64,000 nt of DNA from an uncultured Verrucomicrobiae bacterium (GTDB lineage Bacteria; Verrucomicrobiota; Verrucomicrobiia; Limisphaerales; Palsa-1400). Location: NCBI GenBank assembly GCA_963702845.1, contig OY969763.1:992001-1056000 (forward strand). The letters are read 5' to 3'. The position numbers and the translations under genes were made by a program. This document shows positions 33,532-43,230 of this stretch, piece by piece (position 1 is the stretch's first letter; every line of letters begins with the position of its first letter). The notes under the pieces are model-generated. The model had not been told where the DNA came from. It worked only from the letters and a program-made list of their open reading frames with translations, and did not search any database.

Positions 33532-35703
33532 TCAGGGTAGACGAATTCGATAGAATCGGGCGGGATAGTTCGTCCATTGCTGATCGCTAAAGTAAATCTT
33601 ACCATTGGTAACGGTGCAGCTTTGCACCGTTTTCCAGGATGCGCTCGGCAAGTTTGTGGCGGCTTCCACTACGATGGCGATGTTCGTTGTTCCAGTGATG
33701 TTGAAGCCAAAGCGATTTGTCAGGACGCCGAAGTAGCCGTCGCTGGTTTGAACCTGCGGGTTCCACGGCGCTGTCGGGATTCCATCAAATGTTGCGCCCC
33801 ACCCTGTCGTTCCCGGTAAGTAATAAGCGGTGGGATGAGGGCCGAGAAAAACGGTGGTGTCATTTGTTGGCGTCGGCGCGTTTCCCCGGAAATAGATAGA
33901 TTGCAATCCGGAGACATAGAATGAATAGGTGTCGATGTTGGTCACGCTGCTCGGAATGGAGATGCTTTTCAACTTGCTGCAGGCCTCGAATGCATAGCTG
34001 CCAATGCTGGTCACGCCCTCGGGAATGGTGACGTTGGTTAATCCCCCGCACTCGTAGAATGCAGAACTCCCGATGCTGCTCACACTGCTGGGAATAGTAA
34101 TGCTAGTCAGGCTGGCGCAGCCGAGGAATGTAGCACCTCCAATACTTGTTACGCCGTTGCCGATCGTAACGCTGTATAAGGCGGAGCAGTAACTAAATGT
34201 CGAATAGCCCATGTCGGTAACGCTGTTGGGAATAGTGACGGTGCCGAGGCTGGTGCAGTTATAGAATGCGAAGCCTCCGATGTTGGTGGCAGCGTTGCCG
34301 ATGGTCAGATTGTTCAGGGAAGTGCAGGAATAAAACGCGGAGTCTCCGATTCTCGTGACGCCATTGCCGATGCTCACTGACGTTAAGCCGCTGCAGTACA
34401 TGAACGCCTGCTGTTCGATGTTCTTAACGCTGTTAGGAATAGTGACCGCAATAGGGCTGGCGCACTCCTCGAAAGCCCCGCGCGCAATATTGGTGACGCT
34501 ATTCGGAACAGTATAACTGCCAGCGCGGCCAGCCGGATATTCCAGGAGCACGGTTTGAGCTTGGTTAAACAGGACGCCATTAACACTGCTGTAGATAGGA
34601 TTGCCGGCTGCCATGGTAATGTTGGTCAGACTGCTGGACGTGAAGAACAGCGAACCGCTTCCGATGTTGGTCACACTGTTCGGAATGGTAATGGTGCGCA
34701 AGCTGGTGCAATAGGCGAAGGCCTGACTTCCAATGCTTGTCACACTGGCGGGAATTGCGATGTTAGTCAGCTTGGTGCAGTTGTAGAACGCCTCAGTTCC
34801 GATAGTGATGACGCTGTTTGGAAGAGCGACGCTGGTCAACCTACAGTTCCAGAACGCCGAGGTGCCGATGTTCGTCACGCTACTGGGAATGACCACGTTA
34901 GTTAGGCTGTTGCAATAATAGAACGTAGAGTCGCTGATACTTGTCACGGAATCGGGAATCGTGATGGCGGCCAGCGTTTGACACGAGTTGAACGCCGATT
35001 CTCCAAAGCTGGTTACGCTATTCGGAATGCTAATGTTTGTCAGATTGACGCACGAACCGAACGCATAACTTCCAATATTGGTAACACTCCCCGGAATGAC
35101 GTAGCTCCCTGCAAGGCCAGCGGGATATTGTATCAGGATGGTCTGGTCTTGATTGAACAGGGCGCCGTTAGTGCTGGAGTAATTAGGATTGCCGAAAATT
35201 ACCGTAACATTCGTCAGGCTATTGCAGGCCGCGAAGGCGCCAATTCCGACATTGGTCACGCTATTAGGAATTGTGACGCCCGATATATTACAGTACTTGA
35301 ACGCATTGCTTCCGATGCTGATCAGACTGTCGGGAATAGTCACCGTGGCCAAGTTGTAGCATTGGAAGAACGCAGCATCGCCAATGCTGGTCACGCCGTT
35401 GCCAACCGTCACGTTTGTCAGACCGTTAAAACACCGATAAAAAGCGCCATTTCCAATGGTGGTCACGCTGTTGGGGATGACTACGCTGGACACGTATGTG
35501 TTGTTTGAAAATGCAGAGTCGCCAATCGTCGTTACCGGATAGCCGTTGATCGCGCTGGGGATGATCACGTTTCCCGGCCCAGTGTAGCCAGTAATGGTGA
35601 TAGATCCGTTGTTGGTAACGAATGAGAACTGTGTCTGCCCGCGGGCGGCCAATACTCCCAATGACAGCCAAAGGGCGGCTGCTAATAAACAAGTTCCCTT
35701 CAT
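33532..35703 (-). CDS. BspA-type leucine-rich repeat (LRR_5) surface protein with FYR-type C-terminal domain
   Basis: Signal peptide; many IPNSVTxIGxxAFxxCxxLTxV repeats; ends YPARFYRIRLP. Confidence 0.9.
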   Translation of the reverse strand: MKGTCLLAAALWLSLGVLAARGQTQFSFVTNNGSITITGYTGPGNVIIPSAINGYPVTTIGDSAFSNNTYVSSVVIPNSVTTIGNGAFYRCFNGLTNVTVGNGVTSIGDAAFFQCYNLATVTIPDSLISIGSNAFKYCNISGVTIPNSVTNVGIGAFAACNSLTNVTVIFGNPNYSSTNGALFNQDQTILIQYPAGLAGSYVIPGSVTNIGSYAFGSCVNLTNISIPNSVTSFGESAFNSCQTLAAITIPDSVTSISDSTFYYCNSLTNVVIPSSVTNIGTSAFWNCRLTSVALPNSVITIGTEAFYNCTKLTNIAIPASVTSIGSQAFAYCTSLRTITIPNSVTNIGSGSLFFTSSSLTNITMAAGNPIYSSVNGVLFNQAQTVLLEYPAGRAGSYTVPNSVTNIARGAFEECASPIAVTIPNSVKNIEQQAFMYCSGLTSVSIGNGVTRIGDSAFYSCTSLNNLTIGNAATNIGGFAFYNCTSLGTVTIPNSVTDMGYSTFSYCSALYSVTIGNGVTSIGGATFLGCASLTSITIPSSVSSIGSSAFYECGGLTNVTIPEGVTSIGSYAFEACSKLKSISIPSSVTNIDTYSFYVSGLQSIYFRGNAPTPTNDTTVFLGPHPTAYYLPGTTGWGATFDGIPTAPWNPQVQTSDGYFGVLTNRFGFNITGTTNIAIVVEAATNLPSASWKTVQSCTVTNGKIYFSDQQWTNYPARFYRIRLP

Positions 35704-35882
35704 AAGCGATCGAATTGTTATTAACCCCAGTAGGCCTATCAAGCTAAATTGGGCACTCCAATTCGATGCGTGCGCGTGTTCACTTTGCTATAAGTTGCAA
35801 AGCGCACTGCTCCAATTCCTCCACCCCGAGACACGAATGGAGTGGAAGAGCAAAACTTACGTCCAGGTGTTAGTTCCAACTT

Positions 35883-36226
35883 TTGACATAACTTCAATCC
35901 GCCATTCCCGATTTTAGGTAAAAGATAGAAGACCGTCGGAGAAAGTTGACCGCCGACATTCTGTCGGGACTCGCTTCGCTCGGTGTTGAGGGCAACGCGG
36001 AATTACAAATTACAGATCACAGATTACAAAATGTTTTCGCGCTCTCGTCACCCGCAACGAGAGCGCGAAAACAAAGGATTACTTGAGGGTGCGCTTGGTT
36101 CCTATAAACAGGCCACCCCTAACGGGGTTATAAATTCGTTCAGGTATCGGGCTCAACGGTTGATACAACTTTAATCCGCCAGTCCTGATTTGAGATAAAA
36201 GATAGAAGAGCGTCGGAGGAAGTTGA
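35883..36226. repeat. pair of ~67-bp direct repeats (35883-35949, 36160-36226) enclosing a perfect 17-bp hairpin
   Basis: Both contain AATCCGCCA.TCC.GATTT.AG.TAAAAGATAGAAGA.CGTCGGAG.AAGTTGA. Stem TGTTTTCGCGCTCTCGT/ACGAGAGCGCGAAAACA at 36032-36073. Confidence 0.8.
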
Positions 36227-36277
36227 GGGTTGGTGCAGGTTGAGGGGTGAGTGTTGAGTGGAAACAACGTTTCCGTT

Positions 36278-36406
36278 CAATCGCGCAAACATTCCCCAAC
36301 GCAACGCTTGTGCTCCGATGCCGCCGAATCGAGTTGTCTATCTACTGAGCGCAAAGGAGAAACCTACGACTTCAAAACGAACCATACTATGGGTTGACCC
36401 CTCCGA
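36278..36406. repeat. ~128-bp direct repeat, copy 2
   Basis: Near-identical to 33389-33516. Confidence 0.9.
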
Positions 36407-36518
36407 TGCCATAAAAGGCAAAGGCTGAGGACAACAACGGGATAATCCTGAGTTTGATCAATACACCTGCTTTGTAAACTACCGAGCGCTGCTGGATTCT
36501 ATAGCGCGAAAATTCACG

Positions 36519-36589
36519 AAACCGTTGAAACGGTTAAGACTATGATGCGCGTCCGCAAGCCCCCGCGTTGAAACGCGGGGTTAATGAGA
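36519..36589. repeat. double-hairpin REP-like element
   Basis: AACCGTTGAAACGGTT and CCCCGCGTTGAAACGCGGGG-TTAATGAGA. Confidence 0.55.
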
Positions 36590-36603
36590 ACTAGTGGGGC
36601 GAC

Positions 36604-38328
36604 ATGTTCAGAATCTGCGCGATCATTTTGTTTGGCACCGCGATTGATTTGCTAGCCAATGGGTTTGCCGGTAGGCCGATGATGGCGGCGAGACATGACA
36701 CCATTGTTTTCAGCGAGTTGCCGCAAACACACATCGAGACTCGACGTCCCATGCTGCTCGGCGATGCGAGTGCTGCGCAACAAATGCCTCCGCCGTTGGC
36801 AAGTTTCAACGGATACATACACGACGGGCGCACGCCATCGATTCCAGATTGCATGGGCGCAGCTGGACCGAATCATTTGATGATCACGATCAACAATCTT
36901 GTCATCATTCAACGGCGCGACGGGCAGACGATTTCGAGTGTATTGGCGGATACGTTTTGGAATGGGTTGGGTATCGCGCCGTTTGATCCGCGGCTTTATT
37001 ACGATCCGTATGCGAACCGGTGGATTTTCAGTTCGGGTTCGGCCCAGGAGTCAACGAACTCAGCGTTATTGCTGGCGGTATCGGCGACGAGCGATCCGAC
37101 GGGAACGTGGTTTCGATACAAGGTGGATGCGGATCCGACCCATACTTCGTGGGCGGACTATGACAAGCTGGGTTTTAACAGTCGGTGGGTAGTGGTTCAG
37201 GCGAACATGGAGCCAATACCGGGTTCGACGAACACCACTGAAGCGAACACGTCGCACATATTTGTTTTTAATAAGACGAACGTTTATGCGGGTGGCAGTG
37301 GACTGTTCACGTATATTTCGGTGCCGGTGGATACGTTTCAGGCTTTTGATATTGTGCCGTCAGCGACGTATGACACGAATTTGCAGAGCATGTTTTTGCT
37401 GGCGCTTCGAGCAGATGCGCGCGGGCCCTATACGCAGTTTCCACCGATGATCAGGATTTATGAGTTGCACGGCGCATTTGGCTCTGAAGTTTTGACGTTC
37501 AAGACGAATGCGACTGCGCCGATAACGTGGCCGATTGGGCGCGGGATGGCATCGGGGTATCAGTTGGGCACGCCGCAGGTGATCCGGATTTTGGAGAAGT
37601 CATTGGATAACGTGATTTATCGCAACGGCACGCTTTGGACGGTGCACAATATGTTTCCGTACGATACAAGCGATCAAAGTGATATTCAGTTTTGGCAGAT
37701 CACCACGAATGGGCAGGTGCTGCAGTTTGGACGGGTGGAAGATCCCACTGGCAACAATCGTTACGGTTTTCCAAGCATTGCGGTGAACAAATCCAATGAT
37801 GTGCTCATGGCATATACGCGGTGCAGATCCAATGATTACATCAGCGCCAAATACACTTTTCATGCCGGAACGGATGCGCCGAATACGATTCGCGGCGACA
37901 CGATTTTGAAAGCGGGCGAAGCTCCGTACACCACCGGCGACACAAATGTTTTCGAGGTGTTGCACTGGGGCGATTACACGCAGACGGTTGTGGACCCTGT
38001 GAACGACATGGATTTTTGGACAATACAGGAATACGCCGCGGTAAATACAAATGACCTCGCGGGTTACGGGCTGTGGTGGGGCCGGTTTGTGCCGCCGAGT
38101 GCGTGGCCGCGGTTCTTGAGCGAGCAGCGGAGCAATAATAATTTTGTGATGACGTTCACTTCGTCGTTTAGCAACAAATATAATCTTCAAAGTTCGGCTG
38201 TTATACCGACGAATCAATGGACGGTGGTGCAGTCGAACATTGCTGGCACCGGCAGTATTATGCAGGTGACGGTGACGAATGCGTTTCCGGCGGCGCAGAA
38301 TTTTTTTGAGATGCGGTTGGTGCCGTGA
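36604..38328 (+). CDS. secreted beta-rich hypothetical protein with FYR-type C-terminal domain
   Basis: PD..GAAGPNH, FDPRLYYD..NRW, VSATSDPTGTW, WGDY....VDP..D..FW...EY; ends QNFFEMRLVP. Confidence 0.75.
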   Translation: MFRICAIILFGTAIDLLANGFAGRPMMAARHDTIVFSELPQTHIETRRPMLLGDASAAQQMPPPLASFNGYIHDGRTPSIPDCMGAAGPNHLMITINNLVIIQRRDGQTISSVLADTFWNGLGIAPFDPRLYYDPYANRWIFSSGSAQESTNSALLLAVSATSDPTGTWFRYKVDADPTHTSWADYDKLGFNSRWVVVQANMEPIPGSTNTTEANTSHIFVFNKTNVYAGGSGLFTYISVPVDTFQAFDIVPSATYDTNLQSMFLLALRADARGPYTQFPPMIRIYELHGAFGSEVLTFKTNATAPITWPIGRGMASGYQLGTPQVIRILEKSLDNVIYRNGTLWTVHNMFPYDTSDQSDIQFWQITTNGQVLQFGRVEDPTGNNRYGFPSIAVNKSNDVLMAYTRCRSNDYISAKYTFHAGTDAPNTIRGDTILKAGEAPYTTGDTNVFEVLHWGDYTQTVVDPVNDMDFWTIQEYAAVNTNDLAGYGLWWGRFVPPSAWPRFLSEQRSNNNFVMTFTSSFSNKYNLQSSAVIPTNQWTVVQSNIAGTGSIMQVTVTNAFPAAQNFFEMRLVP

Positions 38329-38335
38329 CGCAATG

Positions 38336-38405
38336 CCTCCTCTCCCCAGCCCTCTCCTCCAAGGAGGAGAGGGAGAATCGGACCACGCAGCGCGTGGTCC
38401 CTACC
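38336..38405. repeat. REP-like palindromes between convergent genes
   Basis: CCCTCTCCTCC-AA-GGAGGAGAGGG hairpin, plus minus-strand GGTAGGGACCACGCGCTGCGTGGTCC. Confidence 0.6.
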
Positions 38406-38500
38406 TCGGGGGGCTTTGTTATGCTGGCTCGGCTCGACACAAATTTTTAAACAGACGCTAATGTGTCTAGATAGTTGAAACACTTCTTGGACAAACGCCT

Positions 38501-40894
38501 TTAAGGCAATTTGATTCGATAGATACGCCGGGGAAGGTTGGGGGAATCGACGTCAGTAAAATTAGTGTTGGGAACGGTGTCGGAATGGATGTCGGTCCAG
38601 TTGGTCAGGTTGGTGGAGGCCTGGATGGTGAAGGTGCCGGAGGAAAGGCCGCCGATGTCGAAATGGTATTGGTGACTGATGTCCGTTCCAAAATTAAGGA
38701 GTCGAATGATCGGCGGGACGAAAGAAACGGTTTCATTCCAGTGTCCGAGCGCGGCTGCCGGTCTGCCGCCAGCGTAGGTGAAACTGCCCACCATATAAAC
38801 GTCATCACCGGTGATCGAAATTCCTACCACGGAAGAAGCGGTGGGTGAGAGGCGGCTGATGCCGCTGCCCAGCCCGTGCCATTGGCCGTCCCATTTGGCT
38901 AGACGATTCAAGCCGGATATGCCGCCCGCATTGGTGAATGAACCTCCGACAAACAGGGTCGATCCGTTCGCCGCAATGGTGGACACGGTTCCATTCGTGA
39001 TTCCACCGCCAACCTCGGACCATGCGCTGCCGTTCCATTTGGCGAGGCGTCGCACAGTCGTGGCGCCTGAGTTGAGGAAGCTGCCGCAGGCGTAAAGATC
39101 GCTGCCGATAAAAGTCAGCGAGTTGACGGTGTTGGCGAGGCCAGGATCGGTTCCAAGAGACCACCAATTATTACCGTCCCAATAGCCAATATTGTCCAAG
39201 TCTGCTCCATTGTGCGGCGGAAGAGGATCCTGCCATCCGATGTAGTAATTGCCGCCGACGTAAAGCTTGGCGCCGTCGCTAACGAGGGCATTGATAATAT
39301 TATTAATTCGCCAGGAGGAGATGGTTGGAACTTCCGTCCAGTCGCTGCCGTTCCAGCGCGCAATGCCGGGCATACCGCCGGTGCCGTCACCGCGAGCGGT
39401 GAAGGAGCCGCCAGCAAATATCTGGCCCTGGTGGGAGCAGAGTGCGAGGACCTGGTTGTTTAGGCCGCTGGCCATCGCATGCCAGCTTGCGCCATCCCAG
39501 TAAGCGACGTTGCGCGCGACAACACCGCCCGCATTGGTGAAAAGCCCGCCGACATAGACTGTGTTGCCGTCCTGAAGAATGGCATTGACGTCACCACCGA
39601 GCACGCCGCCGCCAACGTTGTCCCAGACTGAACCGTTCCAATGCGCGATTTTATTTGGCTTCAATCCGCCTGCGATTAGCACGCCCGAACCGCCCACATA
39701 AACATCATTGCCCGCGGCACTGACAACTTTTGATGAAAGCCAGGTGCCCTGGGATTTCGGACCGGTCAGCGCCGACCATTGAATGCCGTCCCATTTGGCG
39801 ACGCTGAGGGTGCCCGCGGTTCCGGCCTGGACGAAGTCGGAACCGGCATACAGATTGACCCCATCGGATGCGAGGCAGGAGACCTTGGTCAGGATTTCAC
39901 CAGCCGTGCCGGGAGCGAGCGCTTCCCATGCCGATCCGTTCCAACGCGCGACATGGCGCATGGCCGCGCCGCCAATACTGGTGAAATTTCCGGCGGTGTA
40001 GAGATTTGTGCCAACAACAGCCAGGCTGGTGTTGGTTCCGGAAGGTCCACCGCCCATCGAGTACCATTGCGAGCCGTCCCAGCGCGCAAGGTTAGTCGCA
40101 TTGACGCCACTGGCCGTTTTGAACAGGCCGGCCACATAAAGATTGCTGTTGAGCACTGTCACCGCACTTATCAACTGGGACGAGCCACCGTTGTAGAGGC
40201 CAGTGCCAAGGGCATTCCAGTTTACGCCGTCCCACCGCGCGATATTGTTGGCTTCAACGCCGCCCGCAAAACGGAAATTTCCTGCGACGATCAGGTCGCC
40301 GTTCCAATCCACCGTCATGGATGTGGCCGTTACACCAATACCGTTTGTATAGGTGGTCAGTCCGGTGCCCAGCGGATACCAGTTGGTGCCGTCCCAGCGT
40401 GCAATGTTGCTGGCGGTGATCCCGCCCGCCTGCGTGAACAGGCCGCCGACATAAAGATCATTACCTTTAAATCGCAGACTTTGGACGACGCCATTGACTC
40501 CGCCGCTGACGTCTGACCAGTTGGACCCATTCCATTTGGCGAGGCTGCGCACAGTTACGCCGCTGATGTTAGTAATGAAGCCGCCGCCGACATAAACGTC
40601 CGTCCCGTGCGTCGCGATCGCGAAGCCCACCGGCCCTGAACCCAGAGAAAATCCCGATCCGAATCCTGCCCAGTTCGCGCCGTCCCATTTAGCCACACCA
40701 ACACAACCGGCCTCCCCGGCACTGGTGAAAGATCCGGTAAGAAAAAGATTGGAACCGCTCGTCGTCATCGAGTTGACGAGACCGTCGGCGCCAGGGGCAC
40801 CGAAGCGGGTATCCCAATGATCATCATCGGCGGCGAAGACTGAACACGAAGACAGCAATGCGATAGCTTTTATCCAGACAAATAAATTCTTCAT
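38501..40894 (-). CDS. secreted beta-propeller repeat protein (W[DN]G..W..LG.G repeats) with FYR-type C-terminal domain
   Basis: About 13 repeats of LYVGG.FT.AGG..A.NIA.WDG..W; ends LPRRIYRIKLP. Confidence 0.82.
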   Translation of the reverse strand: MKNLFVWIKAIALLSSCSVFAADDDHWDTRFGAPGADGLVNSMTTSGSNLFLTGSFTSAGEAGCVGVAKWDGANWAGFGSGFSLGSGPVGFAIATHGTDVYVGGGFITNISGVTVRSLAKWNGSNWSDVSGGVNGVVQSLRFKGNDLYVGGLFTQAGGITASNIARWDGTNWYPLGTGLTTYTNGIGVTATSMTVDWNGDLIVAGNFRFAGGVEANNIARWDGVNWNALGTGLYNGGSSQLISAVTVLNSNLYVAGLFKTASGVNATNLARWDGSQWYSMGGGPSGTNTSLAVVGTNLYTAGNFTSIGGAAMRHVARWNGSAWEALAPGTAGEILTKVSCLASDGVNLYAGSDFVQAGTAGTLSVAKWDGIQWSALTGPKSQGTWLSSKVVSAAGNDVYVGGSGVLIAGGLKPNKIAHWNGSVWDNVGGGVLGGDVNAILQDGNTVYVGGLFTNAGGVVARNVAYWDGASWHAMASGLNNQVLALCSHQGQIFAGGSFTARGDGTGGMPGIARWNGSDWTEVPTISSWRINNIINALVSDGAKLYVGGNYYIGWQDPLPPHNGADLDNIGYWDGNNWWSLGTDPGLANTVNSLTFIGSDLYACGSFLNSGATTVRRLAKWNGSAWSEVGGGITNGTVSTIAANGSTLFVGGSFTNAGGISGLNRLAKWDGQWHGLGSGISRLSPTASSVVGISITGDDVYMVGSFTYAGGRPAAALGHWNETVSFVPPIIRLLNFGTDISHQYHFDIGGLSSGTFTIQASTNLTNWTDIHSDTVPNTNFTDVDSPNLPRRIYRIKLP

Positions 40895-40982
40895 AGCCCC
40901 AGGGTTTTGGCGAGATTAAGAGCGGCTTGTTGTAGCGGCAAGAGGATTTTGTCCGGCTTTAGAACAGCTAACTGCGCAGCGG

Positions 40983-41510
40983 TCATTCGCCTGTGCCCTC
41001 GGCCTTATCGGCTTCGAGATAGCGCTCGATATGGCGGTCGAGGTCGGACATACCGCCGGCGCAACTGGCGGCTTCGACGCGCTCGAGCATTTCCAACGTC
41101 CAGGTTTCTTCTTCGACCTGTTCGCTGATGTACCACTGCATCAGCATCTGGGTCGGATAGTCTTTGGCGTGGATGGCGGCTTCGTAGACGGCGTTGATGC
41201 CGGCGGTGTTTTTCTCCTCCATGGCCTGCACGTGGCGAGCGACTTCAACAAGGGATTTGAAGGTGCTCTTCGGCGCGGCAAGAGGACTGAGTTCGGGCAA
41301 AGTGCCGCGGTCGATGATGAAATCGATGATTTTCTGGGCGTGAATATGTTCTTCGCCGACCTGTTTGGCGAACCAACGGGTGAATCCGGCAAGGTTTTGG
41401 TTGTCACACCAGTTAGCCAGCGCGCGGTAACTGTAGGCAGCGCCGAGTTCCTGGTTGATCTGGCGATTCAATTCAGAAAGGACCGATGGCGCGATTTTGG
41501 AGTTGGACAT
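40983..41510 (-). CDS. ftnA: non-heme ferritin
   Basis: LNRQINQEL...Y, EEHIHA.K, ME..T..IN, LMQWYISEQVEEE ferroxidase motifs. Confidence 0.85.
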   Translation of the reverse strand: MSNSKIAPSVLSELNRQINQELGAAYSYRALANWCDNQNLAGFTRWFAKQVGEEHIHAQKIIDFIIDRGTLPELSPLAAPKSTFKSLVEVARHVQAMEEKNTAGINAVYEAAIHAKDYPTQMLMQWYISEQVEEETWTLEMLERVEAASCAGGMSDLDRHIERYLEADKAEGTGE

Positions 41511-41516
41511 GTGTTG

Positions 41517-41556
41517 AAACATGGCTCCTGCGAGCCCGCCGTTCAACCGGAGTTTC
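41517..41556 (-). promoter_or_regulatory. leaderless-type promoter, copy 2 of the 40-bp repeat
   Basis: TTGAAC-17nt-CATGTT-7nt-ATG41510. Confidence 0.6.
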
Positions 41557-41692
41557 CATCAGCTTGGAGTAAGCTGCCAGCGGAGTTTCGATAGGTAATC
41601 GGGCTTGAATCATCGACGATCCGATTGCGAAACACTTAACCGAAGTCGGAACACGGACCATCGGCAATTATGTTGCCAAAACCTACCTTTCG

Positions 41693-43078
41693 TCAGAAAT
41701 CGTCGTTTGAATTGGCTTTTCCTCGACGTGATTTTTCGGGGGCGTTCGTCTTGGGAAAGGACTTTGCTAAATCTGTCTTCACATTTTTAAACTCTATCCT
41801 GCTGGCGAGGTTGGTCCACTCGTAGGGATCGTTTGAGTGATCATAAAGTTCTTCACCGCCATCGGCGTAGCGGATGTAGCGCCATTGTTCATTGCGAGCG
41901 GTGTGGTTTTGGTAACCAAAGGTGCAGAGGGTCGGTGTTTTCCATTCGGCTTTCGGATCCGCTAAAAGGGGTTTGATGCTGATGCCTTCAACGTGTTTGG
42001 GCACGGGTATGCCACTCAGTTCGCAGAGCGTCGGGTAAATGCTCATGAAATCGACTGGCCGTTCACAAATTGTTCCTGGTTTGGTCAGGCCGGGCACAGA
42101 CCAAATCAACGGCGCGCGCACCGCTTCTTCCCACAAGGCAAATTTTCGCCAATGACTTTTCTCGCCGAGGTGCCAGCCGTGATCGCCCCAGAAAACAATG
42201 ATGGTGTTATCGCGATACGCGCTTTTCTCGAAGGCGTCCAGCAATCGCCCAACGTTCATGTCCATGTAGGCGATAGTCGCCAGATACGATTGGACGGCCG
42301 CTTTCCAGCGACCGCTTTTGACGATGGCTTTGTGATCGCCGTTAGGTTTGGCCATGCGCACACCGGCGGGTGGAACATCGTTTAGATCGTCCGCCAGATA
42401 GGGCGGCAGTTGAATGCTCTCCAGCGGGAACATGTCATAATATTTACGCGGGACTGCCCAGGGCAGATGCGGTTTGTGCATACCGCAGGCGAGGAAGAAA
42501 GGGCGGTCATGTTTTTTGCCAAGCTGTTCAATGCAGTAATCGGTGATCTGCCAGTCTGCGAGATCCTGATCTTTTAGATCGTGCTTCACGGGGATGAGGA
42601 AGCCTTCATTTTTCGCGACCCCTCGTCCGTGCTCGTCGGCATCCGAGCCTTGCATTTTCATATAATCATCCCACTCGCCGGGATAGTAGGTGTTGCCGTG
42701 ATAAATTTTTCCAGCGCCTGCGGCGTAATAGCCGGCTTGTCGAAAAGCCTGAGATAGCCCACGTCCTTCCGGAATAAACTTTTTCCAGTTCTCGCCGTTC
42801 TGATAACAACCGGTCGTGCTCGGTCTGAGGCCACTGAGCAAAGCTGCCCTTGAGGGATTGCACAAAGGTGCGGCGCAATCGGCGCGCATGAACGAAGTTC
42901 CCATCTTTGAAAGACGATCGATGTTCGGTGTTTTCGTCTGGGGATTGCGCCCGGTATAGCCGACCCAATGATTAAGGTCGTCTACAGCGATAAAAAGCAC
43001 GTTGGGTCGTTGTTCGGTTTTGGCCAGGGCTGTCGTTAACACCGTTGCCAAAATGAACAAAGATAAAAGGTGTCGCAT
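41693..43078 (-). CDS. formylglycine-dependent sulfatase (iduronate/choline sulfatase-like)
   Basis: PNVLFIAVDDL, CNPSRAALLSG, GKIYH, KPHLP, GDHGWHLGEK..W.K. Confidence 0.9.
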   Translation of the reverse strand: MRHLLSLFILATVLTTALAKTEQRPNVLFIAVDDLNHWVGYTGRNPQTKTPNIDRLSKMGTSFMRADCAAPLCNPSRAALLSGLRPSTTGCYQNGENWKKFIPEGRGLSQAFRQAGYYAAGAGKIYHGNTYYPGEWDDYMKMQGSDADEHGRGVAKNEGFLIPVKHDLKDQDLADWQITDYCIEQLGKKHDRPFFLACGMHKPHLPWAVPRKYYDMFPLESIQLPPYLADDLNDVPPAGVRMAKPNGDHKAIVKSGRWKAAVQSYLATIAYMDMNVGRLLDAFEKSAYRDNTIIVFWGDHGWHLGEKSHWRKFALWEEAVRAPLIWSVPGLTKPGTICERPVDFMSIYPTLCELSGIPVPKHVEGISIKPLLADPKAEWKTPTLCTFGYQNHTARNEQWRYIRYADGGEELYDHSNDPYEWTNLASRIEFKNVKTDLAKSFPKTNAPEKSRRGKANSNDDF

Positions 43079-43230
43079 AATATTTGTGCGTCTGCGGAAC
43101 ACGAAGAGATTGGCAAATGTGCGCGAATTGGAAATGGAAAAGTTGAATACTTCAAATTTCAGAGAAGTGTCAAACTCCGGGATCCGAGGCGTTAACTCGG
43201 GGACGAGTGTTCAACCCCGATTTTGGCTTC

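Noticed and set aside
30760..36600. CRISPR array or integron cassette array
   Set aside because: No regularly spaced identical 23-47-nt repeats, no cas or integrase gene, and no convincing attC RYYYAAC/GTTRRRY ends.
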